Below are positions 18,682-28,576 of a stretch of 64,000 nucleotides of DNA, in pieces. The first letter of the stretch is position 1. Each line of letters opens with the position of its first letter. This stretch comes from a bacterium. GTDB lineage: Bacteria > Bdellovibrionota_C > UBA2361 > SZUA-149 > JAEUWB01. The notes under the pieces are model-generated. The model saw nothing but the letters and a program-made list of their open reading frames with translations. It did no database searches and was not told the DNA's origin. Location of the stretch: positions 3,182 through 67,181 of the forward strand of contig JAEUWB010000035.1 of assembly GCA_016786595.1 (NCBI GenBank), in the 5' to 3' direction. Both the position numbers and the translations under genes were made by a program.

Positions 18682-20172
18682 CTAACTTTGGCGTTTTAGT
18701 TTTGGTCCAGTCGCACTATCTTCAATTACAAACCCCTGGGCAAGAATTTTGTCGCGCAGCTCATCGGCAAGCTTGAAATCCTTGGCTTTTCTTGCAGCTT
18801 GGCGACCTTCAAGTAGCGTCAGTACTGCTGCTGGAATCTCTACTGTTCCTTCTTCCCAAGTTTCAATGCCAAGTCCAAGAACTTGGTCAAACTTGTAAAG
18901 TAGGCACAGCTTGTCGGCACTAGCCAAGCTGCTGTCGGATAAAAGCTGATGTAGTACGGCAATAGCTCGCGGCATGTTGAGGTCGTCGAAGAGTGCTGCG
19001 TTGAAAAGTTGGCTATATTGGTTTGACTGAGCCTGACGGACTTGTGATTGTGGGTTATTAGGGTCGGAGTGGACGAGATTGCCACGGTCGCTATCGCTCC
19101 CTTGCAATGACGAGCCCGAGACAGCTTTGATACTTAAGATCGTTGATTTAATTTTTTTCAAGGTGTTGATGCTTGCTTCGAGACTCTCCCAACTAAACGA
19201 TAACTCTTGGCTATATTTACTTGTGAAACAAAATAATCTGTAGGCGATAGGGTCGATTTTACGCTCAAGCAGTTTATCTAGTGTGAGAAACCCTCCTTTG
19301 GATTTTGACATTTTGTCATTGTTGTCCAGCAGAAACCCGCCGTGCAGCCAAAAGCGCGAAAAGGGTTTTCCAGTCGCACCTTCGCTTTGTGCAATCTCAT
19401 TGGTGTGATGCACAGGGATGTGATCAATCCCGCCGCAGTGAATATCGAAACTCTCCCCCAGGTATTTCATCGACATAGCGCTACATTCAATATGCCACCC
19501 TGGATAGCCTCGGCCCCAAGGTGAATCCCACTGGAGTTCCTGATTTTCAAACTTTGATTTGGTAAACCATAGCGCAAAGTCTAGGGTGTTACGCTTTTTG
19601 CTATCGACTTCAATGCGCGCTCCGGCTTGAAGTTGGTCGAGCGGCAAGCGAGCAAGCTTGCCGTAATCATCAACTTTAGTGATATCGAGATAGACGTTTC
19701 CTCCACTTTCGTAGGCAATGCCCTTAGCCTCAAGGCGCTTGATCAATTCAATCATTTCTTGGATGTGATCGGCGGCTTTACAGACGATCTCAGGACGTTG
19801 AATGTTTAATAGCGCACAGTGGTTAAAGAATATCTCTGTATAGTAGGCAGCTATTTCTGCTGAGCTCTTTCGCTCGCGCTTGGCGGCAAGAGCCATTTTG
19901 TCTTCGCCTTCATCGGCATCAGAAACAAGGTGACCAACGTCAGTAATATTCATCACGTGGCGCACGGAGTAGCCAGCAAATCTTAGGGTGCGGACTAGAA
20001 TGTCTTCGAAAATGTAGGTTCTTAAGTTGCCAATATGCTGATAATTATAGACCGTTGGCCCACAGCAATAGATTTTAACTTCGCCCTTGGATAAGGGTTC
20101 GAAGACATCTGTGGTTCTTGTGAGCGTATTGTATAGTTTAAGCTTTTCACCCATAAATTCTGCTTTGGCCAT
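18682..20172 (-). CDS. cysS: Cysteine--tRNA ligase
   Basis: HIGH motif (CCGPTVYNYQHIGNLRTY) and KMSKS motif (DKMSKSKGG). 496 aa. Confidence 0.92.
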   Translation of the reverse strand: MAKAEFMGEKLKLYNTLTRTTDVFEPLSKGEVKIYCCGPTVYNYQHIGNLRTYIFEDILVRTLRFAGYSVRHVMNITDVGHLVSDADEGEDKMALAAKRERKSSAEIAAYYTEIFFNHCALLNIQRPEIVCKAADHIQEMIELIKRLEAKGIAYESGGNVYLDITKVDDYGKLARLPLDQLQAGARIEVDSKKRNTLDFALWFTKSKFENQELQWDSPWGRGYPGWHIECSAMSMKYLGESFDIHCGGIDHIPVHHTNEIAQSEGATGKPFSRFWLHGGFLLDNNDKMSKSKGGFLTLDKLLERKIDPIAYRLFCFTSKYSQELSFSWESLEASINTLKKIKSTILSIKAVSGSSLQGSDSDRGNLVHSDPNNPQSQVRQAQSNQYSQLFNAALFDDLNMPRAIAVLHQLLSDSSLASADKLCLLYKFDQVLGLGIETWEEGTVEIPAAVLTLLEGRQAARKAKDFKLADELRDKILAQGFVIEDSATGPKLKRQS

Positions 20173-20331
20173 AACTTGTTGAAATAATTAGATTTGGTTC
20201 GACCCTAATTCATCACAGAACTAAGCATACATCAAAATAATAATAATTCTTTAGAAACTAAGCTGGAAATCCGTTCATCTAATTACAGCGAGCATAGAAA
20301 ATAGACAAATCAGATAGGAAGATAAGCTCCA

Positions 20332-21435
20332 GTGCGCCTGATGCCCTCAGAAAATTCAAGATCCGAATACACTCAGCTTGGCGACGCTTTGGTATTTAAA
20401 TTGCGCCCACTCTCGGGCGAGTTTCCTCGCATTGTAAATGTCTTGCCTGGAACGATTGCAGTCTTAAGAACAGGTGTAATCGAGGACCTACGTGAAATTA
20501 GAGAAAAATTCGATATTTGTACTCAAACTAAAAGTTTACGCGTCGATTTACGTGTCGGCGCACGAGAGCTCTACGAATCAGAACTCAGTTCTAATCGACT
20601 AGTCAATGCGCATTGGAACGATCAACCCTTAATTTTGATACTCGACCGTGTCAATCTACCACGACACCTAGCGGAAAAACTTCTCGGTTTAGCTGGCGTA
20701 GAAAATCCCGCAATGTTGTGGGCGCATGCGCCACATGCTGCGCGCGGCCTAGTGCGCCTGCTCAACGCAGTGATGACGCGCTCCCCGGTAATATACTTAG
20801 AAAACCCCTTCAGTGATTTCTCTTTGGCGTTAATGGAATGTTCAGCGAAGTTGATTATTGAAGAGCTGAGCATGCGCGATGCTAGATTGGTAGTCGTTGG
20901 CTTGGAGCGTCTTCCCGAAGCGTGGCGTAAATCTGACCGCGTAAGAGAAATCAGTTTGAATATGCTTGCTACTGAAGATCATTTGATCGCAAGTAGTATT
21001 CGTAAGGCGGCAAAATTAATTGACCAATTACGGATCGTGCATCAGGGCAATACGCTAAGCAATGAACACTTGATTGTTACTCGTCCACAGCGGATTTCAA
21101 TCAGTGCTTATCGCGAGGTTAGCGAGCAAATGCTCAGAGAAAATATCGTTAGCCCAGTTTTGAATGGCCAACTTGAGGCGCGGTCAGATACTAGAGTTTC
21201 CAGGCAGCGTCGCAAGGGCACGTTAACTCGAATGAATTTTTCTGAGCGACTGATGCTTCGTGCTGGGCGCATCTTGCTTGGTGCTTATCAGCAGGCGTCA
21301 AACTCCAAGCTGATGCATAGCGCTTCTGCGTTAATGCTTAAGCGCGGCAGTTTGCAACAGCAGCGACATTACTCGATGCTGAAAGTCCTAGTGTTCGGCT
21401 TGCTTTTGGCAGGGATACTGCTTTTTCCTAAGTAA
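20332..21435 (+). CDS. Hypothetical protein with a C-terminal TM helix
   Basis: ORF only; C-terminal VLVFGLLLAGILLF hydrophobic anchor. No motif recognised. Confidence 0.45.
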   Translation: MRLMPSENSRSEYTQLGDALVFKLRPLSGEFPRIVNVLPGTIAVLRTGVIEDLREIREKFDICTQTKSLRVDLRVGARELYESELSSNRLVNAHWNDQPLILILDRVNLPRHLAEKLLGLAGVENPAMLWAHAPHAARGLVRLLNAVMTRSPVIYLENPFSDFSLALMECSAKLIIEELSMRDARLVVVGLERLPEAWRKSDRVREISLNMLATEDHLIASSIRKAAKLIDQLRIVHQGNTLSNEHLIVTRPQRISISAYREVSEQMLRENIVSPVLNGQLEARSDTRVSRQRRKGTLTRMNFSERLMLRAGRILLGAYQQASNSKLMHSASALMLKRGSLQQQRHYSMLKVLVFGLLLAGILLFPK

Positions 21436-22129
21436 TCGCTTCTTTGCGATCTAAGAATTTCTGATGCTCAACTTTAATAATTGCTAAAGCCTCTGCGGGG
21501 GTTTCTACGACATGAATCCAACGCATGTCAGTTGGGCCGACAAGCCCACGGTCGATTTGCTGCTTGCGCATCCAGTCGAGTAGCCCTTGCCAGAATTTTG
21601 CATGGATTAAAATAATTGGCCGACTTGTGAGGTGTCCGATTTGCAGTAACTGCCAAAAGAAATAAAGCTCCAGCAGTGTGCCAATGCCTCCAGGCATGAC
21701 AACTACTGCATTGGAAAGGCGCATGAAGTCGTCGAGGCGTGTAGAAAATGTGCGGTGATGTTGTTTAATATCGAGATGCATGTTGGTATGTTTGGCTTCA
21801 ATCCCGCCTTGGATCGAAAGCCCGAACGACTTCGATTTGCTGCGCGTTTCATTGCGCCCTTCAGTTAAGCCTTTATTTGCAGCCTCCATTAGTCCTGGTC
21901 CACCGCCCGTGAGCACGTCAATGCCTTGATGGCCAAGTAGGTGCGCAAGCTCTTCTGTGATTTTGTAAAGCTCATCATCTTGCTTAATGCGGGCGCTGCC
22001 AAAGATGCAAACGCGGTAAAAGTCATTGGTGTATTCTAAAAGTTCTTGTTCGATAAAACGGATGCGATCGCGGAGGATATTTAAGCGATCGGTAAGACGC
22101 CTACGGCGCTGGCCTTTGTCTTCTTGCAT
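21428..22129 (-). CDS. LOG family protein (cytokinin riboside 5-prime-monophosphate phosphoribohydrolase-like / TIGR00730)
   Basis: VCIFGSARIKQDD...GIDVLTGGGPGLMEAANKG...PGGIGTLLELY matches the LOG-family GGGxGxM and PGGxGTxxE motifs. Confidence 0.8.
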   Translation of the reverse strand: MQEDKGQRRRRLTDRLNILRDRIRFIEQELLEYTNDFYRVCIFGSARIKQDDELYKITEELAHLLGHQGIDVLTGGGPGLMEAANKGLTEGRNETRSKSKSFGLSIQGGIEAKHTNMHLDIKQHHRTFSTRLDDFMRLSNAVVVMPGGIGTLLELYFFWQLLQIGHLTSRPIILIHAKFWQGLLDWMRKQQIDRGLVGPTDMRWIHVVETPAEALAIIKVEHQKFLDRKEAIT

Positions 22130-22134
22130 AATAT

Positions 22135-22560
22135 TTATTCGTCGTCGTTTGTGCCGGTTTTTTCAGTTTCGATGACGTCATGGTTACTATCGACGTCTTG
22201 TTGAATCCCATGCGTTAATAATTCGATGCGTTGACGCAGCAGTCTCGTCCAGTTTTCCCAGCCAGGCGCATCGCTGCGCTCGTCAATCATTTGCTCTAAT
22301 ACTTCAGGTTCGTCTCCTGGGTGCTCTTCGGAAATTTGATGAATTGAGGCAATTGCGAAATCTAGAGCAACGAGGATTTCTTCGTAATTTTCTTCTGATT
22401 TTAGACCGAGCGAGGCATTCTTCGATCGCACTTGAGCTCGGGCAATGGCCATGCGCAGCTCAGTTGCTGCTTGTTCAAGTTCACTAAGCTCTAATGCCCT
22501 GACCGGCTCAGAAATGAGGCGCGGGTTATGATGCGGATGGAAGTAGCGGTAAAGATCCAT
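22135..22560 (-). CDS. Hypothetical acidic protein
   Basis: ORF only, 141 aa, Glu/Asp-rich C-terminus. Confidence 0.4.
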   Translation of the reverse strand: MDLYRYFHPHHNPRLISEPVRALELSELEQAATELRMAIARAQVRSKNASLGLKSEENYEEILVALDFAIASIHQISEEHPGDEPEVLEQMIDERSDAPGWENWTRLLRQRIELLTHGIQQDVDSNHDVIETEKTGTNDDE

Positions 22561-22612
22561 TGACGAGTATTGTAGTGGGATATTTGGCTGTGCGCCAGAT
22601 ATTATTTACGAC

Positions 22613-22685
22613 CTTGAAGCTAGGCTTGAACTTCAGCTTTAAATTTAGGTTAAGGGGAAGGGTAAGTTCAAGCCTAAGCCAAAGA
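22613..22685. repeat. Repeat family B inverted pair
   Basis: CTTGAAGCTAGGCTTGAACTTCAG ... TTAAGGGGAAGGGTAAGTTCAAGCCTAAGCCAAAG. Confidence 0.6.
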
Positions 22686-22706
22686 CTAACCATTCAGTAA
22701 AATTTA

Positions 22707-23258
22707 CTATTTCCATTTAATCGAGCAGCCCACAGCGGATGTTAGCGCTGGATTGGGAGCTTCACCTGACAAAACAGCATCTAAGGCATCGCGTAGTGAA
22801 TGGACGGTCACTTTCTCTGGCTCTTGATAATTATCATCGATACGGCCGTGATAAATTAATTTTCGTTCGGCATTAAACATATAAACTTCTGGTGTGCATT
22901 GGGCGTCGTAGGCTTTGGCAACATTTTGATCGACGTCTTGGAGGTAAGGATAAGGTAAGGCCAAGGCTTTTGCCTTCTCAACCATTTTCTCAAAACTATC
23001 TTCAGGGTAGGCATCGGCGTTATTTGCGCAGATGGCAATAAACTGCACACCGCGAGGTTGATAAAATCGCGCAAGTTCGACAAGCCGAGTTTCGTAAGCT
23101 TGAGCGTAGGGGCAATGATTGCAAGTGAAAATCGTTACTAAAACTTGCTTATTGGCAAAGTCAGCTAATGAGTAGACGCGCCCATCAGTTGCTTTGAGGC
23201 TAAAATATGGTGCGGGATTTCCGAGTTTTAATTTAAGACCTTCGGCGAGACGTTCCAT
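22707..23258 (-). CDS. Thioredoxin-fold redoxin (thiol-disulfide oxidoreductase / AhpC-TSA-like)
   Basis: CxxC active site FTCNHCPYAQAY in a thioredoxin-like context. 183 aa. Confidence 0.65.
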   Translation of the reverse strand: MERLAEGLKLKLGNPAPYFSLKATDGRVYSLADFANKQVLVTIFTCNHCPYAQAYETRLVELARFYQPRGVQFIAICANNADAYPEDSFEKMVEKAKALALPYPYLQDVDQNVAKAYDAQCTPEVYMFNAERKLIYHGRIDDNYQEPEKVTVHSLRDALDAVLSGEAPNPALTSAVGCSIKWK

Positions 23259-23322
23259 AACTACTTACTTCCTTTACCGCGACTGTCGCAGGCTGCGCGG
23301 CCGATATAGTCTATTCAGTGGA

Positions 23323-23408
23323 TAAGGGGAAGAGGGAAAATCCCGCGCAGGCAAATTTTAGGATGAGGCACTACGATTTATGGGAAAGTTCAAGCCTATG
23401 CCTAAGCA
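23323..23408. repeat. Repeat family B copy with an internal insertion of about 45 bp
   Basis: GATAAGGGGAAGAGGGAAAATCCC...GGGAAAGTTCAAGCCTATGCCTAAGC. Confidence 0.5.
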
Positions 23409-23454
23409 AAATGCAAAGCACAAGTCGCGCTAAACAACTGATACTTGTATATTA

Positions 23455-25497
23455 TTGATAACCTTTATAAAAATAGCTCGTATGAAATTATCCGATTCAG
23501 AATTAAAACTTATTTCCGATACGATTGCCATGGTCTCCGCTGATGGCGTTGAAAAAGCAAAATCTGGCCATCCAGGTATGCCGATGGGGGCGGCCGATGT
23601 TGCCGCAGTTCTTTGGTTTGAATATCTCCAGTTGAATCCGCGCGATACTCAATGGATCAATCGCGACCGTTTTGTGCTCTCGAATGGTCACGGATCGATG
23701 TTGCTTTATGCTCTACTTGCGTTGTCAGGCACTGGGCTGACGCTTGAGGATTTGAAATCATTTCGCCAGCTGCATAGTAAAACTGCAGGGCATCCAGAGT
23801 TTCACTTAACTCCTGGTGTTGAAGCGACCACAGGACCACTGGGCCAAGGAATTTCAAATGCTGTCGGAATGGCCATTGGTGAAAAACTACTTGCAGCGCA
23901 AATGAATACAGCAAGTGAAGAAATTATTTCACACCGTGTTTTTTGTATGGTCGGCGACGGTTGTTTAATGGAAGGCATCAGTAGCGAAGCTTCTTCAATC
24001 GCGGGACACCTTGGGCTGGGCAACTTGATAGTGCTCTTTGACGACAATCATATTAGTATTGCCGGAGACACGAAGCTGGCGTTTACGGAAGATGTGCTTA
24101 AGCGTTACGAAGCTTATGGCTGGCAAACTGCACGAGTTGATGGGCATAATTATGCAGAAATTCGCCAGGCTTTAGCAGCTGCAGTGCAAGATCAAAACCG
24201 ACCGAGCATCATTGCTTGTCGAACAATTATTGGCAAAGATGCCCCACACAAAGCTAATACCGGAGAAGTCCACGGATCGCCGCTCGGTAAGGACGAACTT
24301 GAAGCTACAAAGAAAATCAAGGCTTGGCCGCTTGAACCAAGTTTTTATGTGCCTGATCAGGTCAAAGAATTTTTCTGTAAGCGTGCTGGTGAATGGCAAG
24401 AAAATTATGATGCTTGGCAGAAAAAATTTTCTAGCTGGAAAAGTCAAAACGCGGAAAAAGCTGAGCGCCTCACCCAGCGCTTAAATCGCACAATCCCAAA
24501 AAACTTAGATCAAAAATTTCTTAGCGTTGTGCCTAGTGATGGCAAGGCAATTTCTACTCGTAAATTATCCTCGGACATTTTGCAGGTTGCTGCCAAGGAA
24601 CTGGAATTTCTGGTTGGCGGGTCTGCGGATCTCGAACCTTCGTGTTTGACTTTGATTAAAGATTCAACCGATGTGCAGAGCGGTCAATTTACGGGAAGGA
24701 ACTTGCGCTTCGGAGTTCGTGAACATGCGATGGGCGCAATCGGTAACGGGCTTGCTTATTATGGCGGCTTTATCCCTTATGGATCGACCTTTTTGTGCTT
24801 TTTTGACTATCAAAAGCCGAGTGTGCGTCTGGCTGCTTTATCTGAATTACAAAATCTATTCATTTACACGCACGACAGTATCTTTCTGGGTGAAGACGGA
24901 CCAACGCACCAACCAATTGAGCACGTCAACGCGCTGCGGATGATTCCGAACATGCGTGTTTTTCGACCAGCTGATGGACTTGAGGTTGCAGTGGCTTATG
25001 CGCAAGCATTAGAACATCAAAATGGTCCCGCTGCGCTAATCCTCACCCGGCAGAATTTAGAACCAATTAAACGTAGTGCAAATGTTACTGCGCAAAACGT
25101 GCGTTGTGGCGGATATGTTGTTCTTGAAGCCGGCGCTGCAAACTTGCCGCTTTGTGTGCTTGTTGCCACCGGCTCTGAGGTTAGTTTAGCTTGTAAGACA
25201 GTTGAATTATTGCCCAAGACCTATCGATATCGCGTGGTCTCAATGCCCTGTGTTGAAATATTCAAATCACAAGACCGGAAGTATCGTGACGAAGTTATCC
25301 CGAAGACAGCTAAAATCGCGACCCTTGAAGCTGGGTCGACATTTGGCTGGTTACAGCATGTCGAAGGTAACTCGCAGAGCACTTTAACGGTCGGCATCGA
25401 TAGCTTTGGCGCCTCGGCTCCGGCTGAAGCTTTAGCCGAATACTTCGGCTTTACGCCGCAGAAAGTGGCAGAAAGGATCGAGAAAGAATTGCTCTAA
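23455..25497 (+). CDS. tkt: Transketolase (alternative in-frame start at 23482, MKLSDSELK)
   Basis: TPP-binding N-terminus GHPGMPMGAADVAAVLW, GDGCLMEGIS, and C-terminal transketolase domains. 680 aa. Confidence 0.92.
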   Translation: MITFIKIARMKLSDSELKLISDTIAMVSADGVEKAKSGHPGMPMGAADVAAVLWFEYLQLNPRDTQWINRDRFVLSNGHGSMLLYALLALSGTGLTLEDLKSFRQLHSKTAGHPEFHLTPGVEATTGPLGQGISNAVGMAIGEKLLAAQMNTASEEIISHRVFCMVGDGCLMEGISSEASSIAGHLGLGNLIVLFDDNHISIAGDTKLAFTEDVLKRYEAYGWQTARVDGHNYAEIRQALAAAVQDQNRPSIIACRTIIGKDAPHKANTGEVHGSPLGKDELEATKKIKAWPLEPSFYVPDQVKEFFCKRAGEWQENYDAWQKKFSSWKSQNAEKAERLTQRLNRTIPKNLDQKFLSVVPSDGKAISTRKLSSDILQVAAKELEFLVGGSADLEPSCLTLIKDSTDVQSGQFTGRNLRFGVREHAMGAIGNGLAYYGGFIPYGSTFLCFFDYQKPSVRLAALSELQNLFIYTHDSIFLGEDGPTHQPIEHVNALRMIPNMRVFRPADGLEVAVAYAQALEHQNGPAALILTRQNLEPIKRSANVTAQNVRCGGYVVLEAGAANLPLCVLVATGSEVSLACKTVELLPKTYRYRVVSMPCVEIFKSQDRKYRDEVIPKTAKIATLEAGSTFGWLQHVEGNSQSTLTVGIDSFGASAPAEALAEYFGFTPQKVAERIEKELL

Positions 25498-25571
25498 GCG
25501 CGCGCTGGTCGGGTCGTTGCGATTGAACAAAATTCTTACTAGATCTGCTTCAATCTGCTATCCTTTTCTCC

Positions 25572-26297
25572 GTGACGCAGGCTGAAAAAATTCTCTTCTA
25601 CAAGAAAAAATTACCCAAGTTTATTTGGAGACTACTGCGTCGCCAATTATGGAATAACTTCTGGATCGCCGAAGAAGAGCAGCAACGCCAACTCCATCAA
25701 GGAGTTTTGCCCGGGCCAATTCGCGACACTGAAAGGGCAAAGCTGATAGAAGCAATTCTCGAGCAGTATCCATTTAGGTCCTTACTAGAAATTGGTGCTT
25801 CTTATGGGACAAATTTTCACACTTTGGGAAAACTCCTTCCTGAAGTTGAATTTCTCGGCATCGATCAAGACAAAATGCGGATTGATGCGGGAAATATTCA
25901 GCTTCAAGCAGCTGGTCTTAAGCATTGCAAATTAGATCGATGTTCGGCCCAGAGCTTGGCGCGACGCTTTCCGGAGAATTCCTACGATTTGGTGATTTCG
26001 TCTGCGTGCATGCTTTATATTCCACCAGATGACATTAGCTTAGTGCTTTCCAACATGTTGGCAATTGCGAGGCAATCAGTGATTTTACTTGAGCAGCATC
26101 TGCCTGGGCTTAGTCAAGACCAGCGCTGCGAGGAGCAGGGACGTTGGCCTTATTTTTTAAGAGATTATCTAGCTTACTTTAAAACCCTGACTACGGCAGG
26201 CAAAACTACTGTGTTTAAAGTTCCAAATCCTATCTGGCCAAACGAGAAGTGGAAAGAGTATGGATCAGTGATTGTTGTCTCCAAGAAGAAGGCTTAA
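25572..26297 (+). CDS. Class I SAM-dependent methyltransferase
   Basis: Motif I-like LLEIGASYGTNFHTL and downstream acidic-residue motif (FLGIDQD). Confidence 0.65.
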   Translation: MTQAEKILFYKKKLPKFIWRLLRRQLWNNFWIAEEEQQRQLHQGVLPGPIRDTERAKLIEAILEQYPFRSLLEIGASYGTNFHTLGKLLPEVEFLGIDQDKMRIDAGNIQLQAAGLKHCKLDRCSAQSLARRFPENSYDLVISSACMLYIPPDDISLVLSNMLAIARQSVILLEQHLPGLSQDQRCEEQGRWPYFLRDYLAYFKTLTTAGKTTVFKVPNPIWPNEKWKEYGSVIVVSKKKA

Positions 26298-26309
26298 TTA
26301 CTTTATCGC

Positions 26310-27944
26310 ATGATCAGCGCTGCTGTCGAACTCCGTGCCGAAGATTTTGTTAATCGTTTCGATTTTCTTGCCAGCTATTCGCCGCTCTATAAACTCGATG
26401 GCAATTGGCCAAGTGTTGGTATTGTAGATTTAATTACGCATTCATTACGCGGCAAATCGCAGCTTGATGCCGAAGACCAACAAACCCTGGCTGGGGCTGC
26501 TTGCTATCTGGCAAGAGTTTTGGATCCGCTTTGGGAGGCTGCGGGGCTGAAAGTTAGTGCAGTGCTTGTCGATGATATTTTGGAAGTTTGGTTTGAGCAC
26601 CCTGAGCAAACTGGAGCGCGTGGCGTGCTGCCGCTAGAAAAAGCTATCGGCGCATTTCTCTATCAACCGATTTTACCGCTGCCGATCACTAAGGATTATT
26701 TTCGCATCATTCCCCCGCAGAATAATTTCTTAAGCTTACTTGCGCTTGGGTTTGCTAACTTAGCGAGCCCATTTTTTAGCCAAGACTTCCCCAGAGTGCC
26801 TGCTCCTGATGCGTGGCGAGAGCTCCTTGCCAAACAAACTGCAGTGTCCTGGAAGTTACTCTATCCTAAGCGCACCTATGGGTTAGATTATAAATTATAC
26901 GACAGGGGGTTATTTTGGCCTCCACTTGCGTGTGGAGAGACTCCCCCAGGAATAAATCACCTCAAGCTTGCTTATCAGTATTTTAGCGACCAAAAATATT
27001 CTAGTGAGCAGTTGCTCGATGCAGCGCAATTTATGGCCGTGCACCCTGATGATCAAATCTCTCTTGTGGGTCTAATGCTTTGCGCGGGGTTAAGCAAACG
27101 CGATTTACCCACCGAGGTCGTGCTGCAAGCGCGAACTAAGGGTGTCGTGATGGCGGAGCTGCGTAGTGCCGTTTCTCAATTTCGACGCGAACTGGCTGAA
27201 AGCCAAGCCCAAGTTAAGGGCGGCGCGCAGCGCAGTGTTGCTGGCGATGATTGGTTTGCCGACACGTTATTTACGCCGCAAGATAAATTTAGGTTTGAGC
27301 TTGAGCGTAAGCTTGGAATGCTGCCTTGGTTTGTGATTGATGCGCAAGATTTGCTGTTGCGGATCAAGGATTTGCAACTACTTGTGACGGCTTTAGCGTA
27401 TCTTGATCTTGATACGGCGCTTCAGGAGGCGGATCGAATTTTAGAAGCAACCCCTGGAGATTTACTGATTGCAGTTCAAAAAAATGTGCTGCTCATGATT
27501 CAAGGCAAATTCGATGATGCCCAAGCAAACTTTGAAACGCTTGCTACTGAAGTTGGAGCGGAAGAGGACGCCTTAGTGCAGGAACAGCGTGGGTTGTGTG
27601 CTTTAGCGCGAGGCGATCAGGCGCTGGCCTTGTCATGTTTGACGCGAGCAAGTGTGCTTGCCGCGACGAAGAGTAGAGAAAGTCTTTCACGAATTGGCAA
27701 TAATTATGCCTGGGCATTGATGCTTGCTAACGATTACGAGGCCGCTTTAAAAATTCTTGACGATATAATTTCTATCGATCAATACCCGGTGACAGCCCTA
27801 TTAAATAAGTTATTTATCTTGCGGGTGCTAGGCAAAGATGAAGCGGCTAAGCCGCTAGAACTAGCCTTGGCTAAATTTGCGCCCTTGGACCGTCGGGTTG
27901 TTGAGCAGTTGATTGTGGGGCAGCGGGCGGCTCAGGAGTCTTAG
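26310..27944 (+). CDS. Hypothetical 544 aa protein with a TPR-like C-terminus; paralog of the 28577-30232 ORF
   Basis: N-terminal blocks align by eye with 28577-30232 (DFVNRFDFLASYSPLYKLDGNWPSVGIVDLITHSLRGKSQ vs WQTRFQKFPLLHLDHSWFSLGTVDHLALGLRGQKDY). The C-terminal helical repeats resemble TPR. Confidence 0.6.
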   Translation: MISAAVELRAEDFVNRFDFLASYSPLYKLDGNWPSVGIVDLITHSLRGKSQLDAEDQQTLAGAACYLARVLDPLWEAAGLKVSAVLVDDILEVWFEHPEQTGARGVLPLEKAIGAFLYQPILPLPITKDYFRIIPPQNNFLSLLALGFANLASPFFSQDFPRVPAPDAWRELLAKQTAVSWKLLYPKRTYGLDYKLYDRGLFWPPLACGETPPGINHLKLAYQYFSDQKYSSEQLLDAAQFMAVHPDDQISLVGLMLCAGLSKRDLPTEVVLQARTKGVVMAELRSAVSQFRRELAESQAQVKGGAQRSVAGDDWFADTLFTPQDKFRFELERKLGMLPWFVIDAQDLLLRIKDLQLLVTALAYLDLDTALQEADRILEATPGDLLIAVQKNVLLMIQGKFDDAQANFETLATEVGAEEDALVQEQRGLCALARGDQALALSCLTRASVLAATKSRESLSRIGNNYAWALMLANDYEAALKILDDIISIDQYPVTALLNKLFILRVLGKDEAAKPLELALAKFAPLDRRVVEQLIVGQRAAQES

Positions 27945-27959
27945 TAACAGAACTTTATT

Positions 27960-28026
27960 TTGGAGATCTCTCCACTATGCACATCGCCACTTTAAAGTGA
28001 CGATGTGCTTCGGTCGAGATGACGCG
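27960..28026. repeat. Repeat family A, reverse-orientation copy with an internal palindrome
   Basis: TTGGAGATCTCTCCAC...GCACATCGCCACTTTAAAGTGACGATGTGC...GGTCGAGATGACGCG. Confidence 0.65.
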
Positions 28027-28105
28027 ATTTTGAATGTCGATAGTAAAACTTAGCAACATATTTGGTAAGTGCTGCTGTCTTCATTTCTAATACCGACAAC
28101 CAGCG

Positions 28106-28172
28106 TCGTCATTTCGAGTGTAGCCTGAACGAACGGAGAGAGTGAAAGGCGAAGTCGAGAAATCTCCAAAAA
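28106..28172. repeat. Repeat family A, forward copy
   Basis: CGTCATTTCGAGTGTAGCC...GAAGTCGAGAAATCTCCAAAAAG. Forms an inverted pair with 27960-28026. Confidence 0.65.
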
Positions 28173-28207
28173 GATGTTCTAGGGGCGCTTGTTTCGTATG
28201 AACTTAA

Positions 28208-28516
28208 TTAGGCTGGCTTATTCACTCCTTGATTTAGCTCTTCGAATAGATCTCGCATCGCATAGTTACATTTGCTTATGAGTTCTAGCTTTTTCTTTCG
28301 CCCCCAGCGCTTGAGCTGTTTCTCTCTTTCGAAGGCATGATAAATGTCGAAGAATTCCTCAAAATATACTAGTTTACTAGTGCAGTATTTGTGCGCAAAT
28401 CCCGATTTTAGGCCCATTCTGTGCTGTAAAACTCTGTTAATTAGATCTGCTGTAACTCCAATATACAGCACCGTGTTCCAAGCGTTAGATAAAATATATA
28501 CGTAACTGATTTTCAT
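28208..28516 (-). CDS. GIY-YIG nuclease family protein (UPF0213-like small endonuclease)
   Basis: N-terminal YVYILSNAWNTVLYIGVTADLINRVLQHR shows the GIY...YIG spacing and downstream R/E residues. 102 aa. Confidence 0.75.
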   Translation of the reverse strand: MKISYVYILSNAWNTVLYIGVTADLINRVLQHRMGLKSGFAHKYCTSKLVYFEEFFDIYHAFEREKQLKRWGRKKKLELISKCNYAMRDLFEELNQGVNKPA

Positions 28517-28576
28517 GTGATCGTCCTCCTCGAGTATATTATCGTCCCGATCAGAAGAATTATTGCTGGAGGATGA

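Noticed and set aside
20613-20873. ORFs 20613-20816 (+) and 20622-20873 (-) inside the 20332-21435 hypothetical gene
   Set aside because: Short alternative-frame and antisense ORFs. The longer 367 aa frame is preferred, although that gene itself is only an ORF-level call.
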